From positions 1-34,910 of the forward strand of contig CAXGMD010000033.1 of the NCBI GenBank assembly GCA_964010765.1: DNA of 34,910 nt. Reading direction: 5' to 3'. This DNA is from an uncultured bacterium (GTDB taxonomy: Bacteria; SAR324; NAC60-12). Shown here piece after piece: positions 30,336 to 34,910 of the stretch. The position numbers and the translations under genes were made by a program. The number at the start of each line of letters is the position of its first letter. Within the stretch, counting starts at the first letter, position 1. The notes beneath the pieces were generated by a model that had not been told where the DNA came from, ran no database searches, and worked only from the letters and a program-made list of their open reading frames with translations.

Positions 30336-31739
30336 TCAGATATGGATCGCTCGCTTGTCTGTAGCATCCAGTGCAGCTTCCTTGATTGCTTCTGCAAAAG
30401 TTGGGTGAGCGTGAGACATTCTTGCAATATCCTCAGCGCTGCAACGATATTCAAAAGCTACGACAGCCTCCGCAATCAGGTCTGCGATCCGGGCTCCAAC
30501 CATGTGGATACCGAGCACTTCATCAGTTTCCTGGTCAGCAATCACCTTAACCAACCCATCAGTTTCCATCGCTGCCCGGGCACGTCCCAAGGCTTTGAAT
30601 GGGAAGGAACCAATTTTGAAGCTCCGCCCAGCCTCCTGCAACTCCTGCTCTGTGTAGCCAACACCTGCGGCTTCTGGCCAGGTATAGAGCACGCTGGGAA
30701 TTGCTCGATAGTTCATGTGGGGGCGCTGTCCAGCAATGACTTCTGCGGCGAACACTCCTTCTTCCTCCGCTTTGTGTGCCAGCATTGCTCCACGGATGAC
30801 GTCACCAATCCCATAAACTCCGGGCACGGTGGTCTGTAGCTGATCGTTAACAGGGAGTCTACCTCGCTCATCGGTTTGCAGGCCGATCTTATCAAGGCCC
30901 AAGCTATCTGTGAAGGGTTTACGCCCAACAGCTACGAGGCAGTATTCACCCTCAAAGCTCACTTCGTCCCCCTTTTTATTCTTGGCAGTCACCACGACCT
31001 TGTCATCACTAGCAACAGCCTGCTGGACAGCGTGGTTCAGGTGAAACTTGATGCCGAGCTTACGCAGAATTCTCTGCATTTCCTTACCCAGTGAGAGATC
31101 CATGGTGGGAATCAGGCGATCCATGAATTCAATAACAGCGACCTTGGTACCCATGCGAGCGTAGACAGAACCCATTTCCAAACCAATGATTCCTCCACCA
31201 ATCACCAGCATAGTTTCCGGGACACTAGGCAAGGACAACGCCTCAGTTGAGGTGATAATACGTTTACCGTCGATTGGTACATTGGGCAGTGAAGAAGGCT
31301 CAGAACCAGTGGCAATGATGGTGTTTTTCGTCTGAATATTTTCTGTACTGCCATCTGCCTTGCGAACTTGAATTGTATTGGCATCCACAAAGCTACCATG
31401 GCCTTGGTAAACCTCGATTTGATTCTTGTTCATCAGATACATCACACCATCACAAGTCTGAGAAACTACCTCGTCTTTGCGCTTCTTCATGTTGTCCCAG
31501 TTGAGGCTCAGTCCTGAGACATCGATTCCATGGGTCGCAAAGTGATTTTTGGCGTTGTAGTAGTGCTCGGTTGAATCGAGAAGGGCCTTGGAAGGAATGC
31601 AGCCCACGTTGAGACAGGTTCCCCCAAGGGTGGATGATTTTTCAATCAGTGCGGTTTTCAGTCCGAGTTGCGATGAACGAATTGCAGCGACATAGCCGCC
31701 AGGTCCTGCGCCAATCACAACGACATCAAATTGGCTCAT
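30336..31739 (-). CDS. lpdA: Dihydrolipoamide dehydrogenase (E3)
   Basis: VIGAGPGGYVAA, GGTCLNVGCIPSKALL, GGGIIGLE, MLAHKA and HAHPTFAE motifs. Confidence 0.97.
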   Translation of the reverse strand: MSQFDVVVIGAGPGGYVAAIRSSQLGLKTALIEKSSTLGGTCLNVGCIPSKALLDSTEHYYNAKNHFATHGIDVSGLSLNWDNMKKRKDEVVSQTCDGVMYLMNKNQIEVYQGHGSFVDANTIQVRKADGSTENIQTKNTIIATGSEPSSLPNVPIDGKRIITSTEALSLPSVPETMLVIGGGIIGLEMGSVYARMGTKVAVIEFMDRLIPTMDLSLGKEMQRILRKLGIKFHLNHAVQQAVASDDKVVVTAKNKKGDEVSFEGEYCLVAVGRKPFTDSLGLDKIGLQTDERGRLPVNDQLQTTVPGVYGIGDVIRGAMLAHKAEEEGVFAAEVIAGQRPHMNYRAIPSVLYTWPEAAGVGYTEQELQEAGRSFKIGSFPFKALGRARAAMETDGLVKVIADQETDEVLGIHMVGARIADLIAEAVVAFEYRCSAEDIARMSHAHPTFAEAIKEAALDATDKRAIHI

Positions 31740-31907
31740 GAGTTCTCCAGAAAGTCTAAGAAAAGGGGGTGACCGAACATAGCGAAGTCCGGTAAGTAAA
31801 GTTTGTAGGTAATGGGGGAAAAACTAGGCGGACTAGATTGATGTTGCAAACTAAAATCCCTGCCGCCTCATTCAGAAGGAAATCGATCAAAATGCAGATA
31901 GGGTGAG

Positions 31908-33113
31908 CTACTGGCGTACCTCCAACTGCTCTGGTGCAGCTACTTCTTCGCTGGCAGGTGCTCGAGGATTGAGGAAGACGATGCGGTTACCCGTAGCTTC
32001 TTGGGCTACCAGAGGAATATTTCTCTCTTGTAGATCACGGCGCATCTGACGTCGCAGACGACTTTTGTCTTCAGAAGAGAACAGCTCGATCTCAATGTAG
32101 CGATTCGTGTTTTTGAGTTCGCTGAGCTGCTGGTATCCCGGAGTGTTTTCAAGATAGTCGAGGATCATATCTTCTTCCTCGATGCTGTAATTTCGAAAGA
32201 CCAGCAGATAGGCGTTGCCGATATCGCCAATGCTCTGGTAGTAGGACAGCACTCGATCAATAGCTTCCTGAGCAGCATCTTTACCAGCTCGGGTGCCTGC
32301 CTTGCCCAGCATGTTGAACCAGTCGTAGGAACCAGGCCGGTTAGCGGAGAGTTCCTTGCCATAAGTGACCACATCAGCGATTTGTCGGCCTGTGTTGGCA
32401 TCATAGACACTGAGTCTCACGGTCGCCTTGGTCGCATAGAACACCCCCCCACGTTGATCTCGTTTGCCACCGACTAGTTCGAAACGTACGAGGATTTCCG
32501 CTTGCTGATCCAACGCCAGGGCAATCAGGTTGTCTACTGGTCGATCTACCAATGCAGCTTGTTCAATAGTACGGTAGACCTCTTCCATTGCCTGCTCATT
32601 GAAAACACGAAAACCCATGCGGTTGAATTCATCCCGAATCACAGACAAGGTTGTGCTAACAGGCCCAATGTCACGGGGTAAAGCATTCGGATCGGTTGGC
32701 GCATACACGATCATCACTCGCTTGTTGCCCATCTTCTGGTGCAACACCCGGAGTGCCGTCAGAGTATCGACAATTCGGCTGTCCTGGACATCTGCTCGGA
32801 TCACCACTTCATAAGCTGACCCACCACTGGAGCGTCCTTCTCGCAAGACTTGAAACTCCCTGATGAATCCTTGGCTTGCACTGAAGATTTCATCACGGAT
32901 GACCTCAAAATTCTGGGTCAGCGTAGTCGCATCAACGTAGGCTCCAACACCTTGTTCAACAGCCTCACGCTGTGCGTTTTTCAAGGCCTGAGTCCGTGCA
33001 CCACCAATATTTTCGTCATAGATCGTTGCCACTCCAGTCACTGTGATTTCGCGTGCCAATGCCGTAAAATTCGTACACAGAGTCACAATCAGTAACAGGA
33101 TCAGGTAACGCAT
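31908..33113 (-). CDS. Exported protein with an FlgT N-terminal-like domain
   Basis: Signal peptide, then VTGVATI...ARTQALKNAQREAVEQGVGAYV...F....DEI.....GFI..F.VL.E...YEVVIRADV (FlgT_N/LPP20-like). GAGG RBS before ATG 33113. Confidence 0.75.
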   Translation of the reverse strand: MRYLILLLIVTLCTNFTALAREITVTGVATIYDENIGGARTQALKNAQREAVEQGVGAYVDATTLTQNFEVIRDEIFSASQGFIREFQVLREGRSSGGSAYEVVIRADVQDSRIVDTLTALRVLHQKMGNKRVMIVYAPTDPNALPRDIGPVSTTLSVIRDEFNRMGFRVFNEQAMEEVYRTIEQAALVDRPVDNLIALALDQQAEILVRFELVGGKRDQRGGVFYATKATVRLSVYDANTGRQIADVVTYGKELSANRPGSYDWFNMLGKAGTRAGKDAAQEAIDRVLSYYQSIGDIGNAYLLVFRNYSIEEEDMILDYLENTPGYQQLSELKNTNRYIEIELFSSEDKSRLRRQMRRDLQERNIPLVAQEATGNRIVFLNPRAPASEEVAAPEQLEVRQ

Positions 33114-33130
33114 ATTCCTCCTTGGATGAT

Positions 33131-34510
33131 TCAATTGATTTCCAAACCAAATTCAGGATCTTCAGAGAGAAACGGCAGTTCCACCGGTTCAATACGAGTG
33201 GGCTCCATTTCCGCAGGTTGGCTGACAGGCTGAATGATAGCGCTGGCAGCACGAGGCTGCACCAAGGCATCTTCAGGTGGTGATGTGGTCCCTGCGGCTT
33301 CGATAGTATTTTCTGCTAGATTGTCTAGCGGATTGTAGCTGCCTGCAGCTATCTGCATATCGGTCCAGGCTTGCGCATACTTGATTCCTGGCTGATAGGC
33401 GTTGGCTTGCGCAAAATGATAGGCCGCCAATGGCCATCGTTGCTGCAAACGATACACAGAGCCCAGGTTGAAGTGTGCAGCAGCTAGATTCTGGCCATCT
33501 TGAGGCCGCGAGGTACGGGCGTAGAACTTGATGATTGCGCTGTAGCGCTGAAAGTCCTGACGTTCTAGCAGGGCGATCAATACAGGATCTATCTCTTTCA
33601 GTGAATAGGATTTTCCATACAAGCGCAATAGAGCTCTGAGCGTGTTTTGAGGCAATCTTGCCTGGCGTAGTCGTGTGTAGAGTTCACTACCGAAAGTGAA
33701 GCGCTCAGATTCGCCAAAGGATACAGGCTCAAAGACCACGTAACTCCAGCCTTTCAGTGCACGGTCATAATCTCCACTAACAGCATAGCGGTTAGCTTGC
33801 AGGATTCCTGGATGCCCCAAGTCCACGGTATCGCCACTCCAAGGCAGGGGAGAGGTGCCAACCTCCAACTCCAGAGTGCGGTTTTTTTGCACAGGATTTA
33901 GACGATCCAGCATACGCTGTACAAGCAAGCGTCCAAGCCGCATCATTTCGCTATCAGCAGGAGGCATCGCCAGAATCTCTGCCTCTCCTACGTAGCTCTG
34001 CTGAAAAGAGATTTTTTCATTTCCCTGATATAACTCTTGTCGGCTCCCAGCGTTCAGGAAAGAGAAGCGAATCTCCAAATCCAAGGTGCGGTGCATTACC
34101 CGTTCACTGAAAGGAATTTCTTCAAATTCAAAGGCCTGTCGAGGGATCGCAATCTCTTGACCGGGCTCCTGGATCATTACATTGCGCGGGCGCAGGTTAA
34201 TTCGGGTGTTCCCGCGAGTCTCCTCTTCATCGCGTATAGAAAAAATTTCAACCTCTGCTGCGACTAGAGCGGTATATTCGCGTTGTGTCTCTCTTACTTC
34301 ATCCAGATAGTCGAAATTAGGGATTCGATAGACTTCTTGAATAAATATATCACGAAACAAACCGGCTTGACGTCCTGTAAAACGTTCCAGTGAGAAGGCG
34401 GATGTTCGCAGTAGTGCTTCGGAATTGGGCGGATCAGAGTAGTAGACGGTTTTTGCCAGACAGCCAGAAAGCAGTAGCGGTAGTAATAGGAGAAATAAAA
34501 AATTAGTCAG
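33131..34510 (-). CDS. Putative lipoprotein with TPR-like segments (start uncertain)
   Basis: Lipobox [14 protein letters not shown] with Cys near 34462; TPR-like [11 protein letters not shown]...AAYHFAQA. The 5' part of the tracked ORF overlaps the pilin out of frame. Confidence 0.75.
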   Translation of the reverse strand: MTNFLFLLLLPLLLSGCLAKTVYYSDPPNSEALLRTSAFSLERFTGRQAGLFRDIFIQEVYRIPNFDYLDEVRETQREYTALVAAEVEIFSIRDEEETRGNTRINLRPRNVMIQEPGQEIAIPRQAFEFEEIPFSERVMHRTLDLEIRFSFLNAGSRQELYQGNEKISFQQSYVGEAEILAMPPADSEMMRLGRLLVQRMLDRLNPVQKNRTLELEVGTSPLPWSGDTVDLGHPGILQANRYAVSGDYDRALKGWSYVVFEPVSFGESERFTFGSELYTRLRQARLPQNTLRALLRLYGKSYSLKEIDPVLIALLERQDFQRYSAIIKFYARTSRPQDGQNLAAAHFNLGSVYRLQQRWPLAAYHFAQANAYQPGIKYAQAWTDMQIAAGSYNPLDNLAENTIEAAGTTSPPEDALVQPRAASAIIQPVSQPAEMEPTRIEPVELPFLSEDPEFGLEIN

Positions 34511-34910
34511 TGAGGTCGTCTGTGGTTTGTACCAATTGCTTGTCTTGGTTGATGGTCCAGGTGTCTTCAGTTGCATCGTCATCCAGGTTGGCAGTTGCCG
34601 TGGCGGTGAAGGTACTGGCGGTGGCCGTGATGCCGTAGCTATAAATGGCATCGTCCGCAATGCCGACTCCAAGAGCTGCGAAATCATCGGTGTAGCTTCC
34701 ATTACTGGCATGATAGAGCTTTTCTGCCGTATGGATTGCCGCTAAGTTGGTCTTGACTTCGCTTTGCTTGGCTCGTTGCAGATAGCCTTCCAGGCTAGGA
34801 TAAGCCAGGGTTGCAAGAATGCCGATGATCGCAACAACGATCATCACCTCAATCAGGCTAAATCCCTTGTGTTGATGGGCACCGTATGCAAGATATCGAC
34901 CTCTGATTGG
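34503..34910 (-). CDS. Type IVa prepilin (5' end beyond the window)
   Basis: The frame is open to the window edge: ...[27 protein letters not shown]...[14 protein letters not shown]. Cleavage site at 34863/34862; mature pilin is 119 aa with no Cys. Confidence 0.95.
   Translation of the reverse strand, partial: PIRGRYLAYGAHQHKGFSLIEVMIVVAIIGILATLAYPSLEGYLQRAKQSEVKTNLAAIHTAEKLYHASNGSYTDDFAALGVGIADDAIYSYGITATASTFTATATANLDDDATEDTWTINQDKQLVQTTDDLTD

Noticed and set aside
34503..34862. Electrically conductive (e-pilin) type
   Set aside because: It has F1, Y27, Y50 and Y57, but positions 24 and 32 are not aromatic and the pilin is full length.

Overview
This is a bacterial chromosomal segment of about 50% GC. 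The proteins look deltaproteobacterial, possibly SAR324, but the taxonomy is only inferred. From left to right: (1) a lower-GC islet with decayed genes (SnoaL-like tail, an MBOAT N-terminal fragment, two alpha/beta-barrel proteins); (2) an actinobacterial-type furA-katG unit with a FurA-box-like operator over its promoter; (3) fbp-murF; (4) a putative copper module: DUF2946-like RAPP leader ORF, PCu(A)C chaperone, GNAT; (5) umuDC, sodB and a K+-dependent H+-PPase (hppA) with a structured 5' leader; (6) a PAS-PAS hybrid histidine kinase, nnr and an Asp-less receiver protein; (7) pyrG, an LptA/OstA-like gene and FKBP; (8) a short H-NS-like gene, an unlisted 53-aa ORF, a divergent cysteine-hydrolase-like gene and a LapA-like gene; (9) an exported hypothetical protein and an alpha/beta hydrolase; (10) an exported TPR-CHAT protease, lpdA, an FlgT_N-domain protein, a TPR lipoprotein and a type IV pilin cut by the window edge. 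I saw no CRISPR array, rRNA, tRNA or transposase. The best candidates for new biology are the RAPP arrest-peptide leader with a non-CxxC metal site upstream of the copper chaperone, a ~60-aa module shared by two unrelated exported proteins, the hppA leader RNA, and the pilin/lipoprotein/FlgT-like/CHAT envelope cluster. All family calls come from motif recognition by eye; no searches were run.
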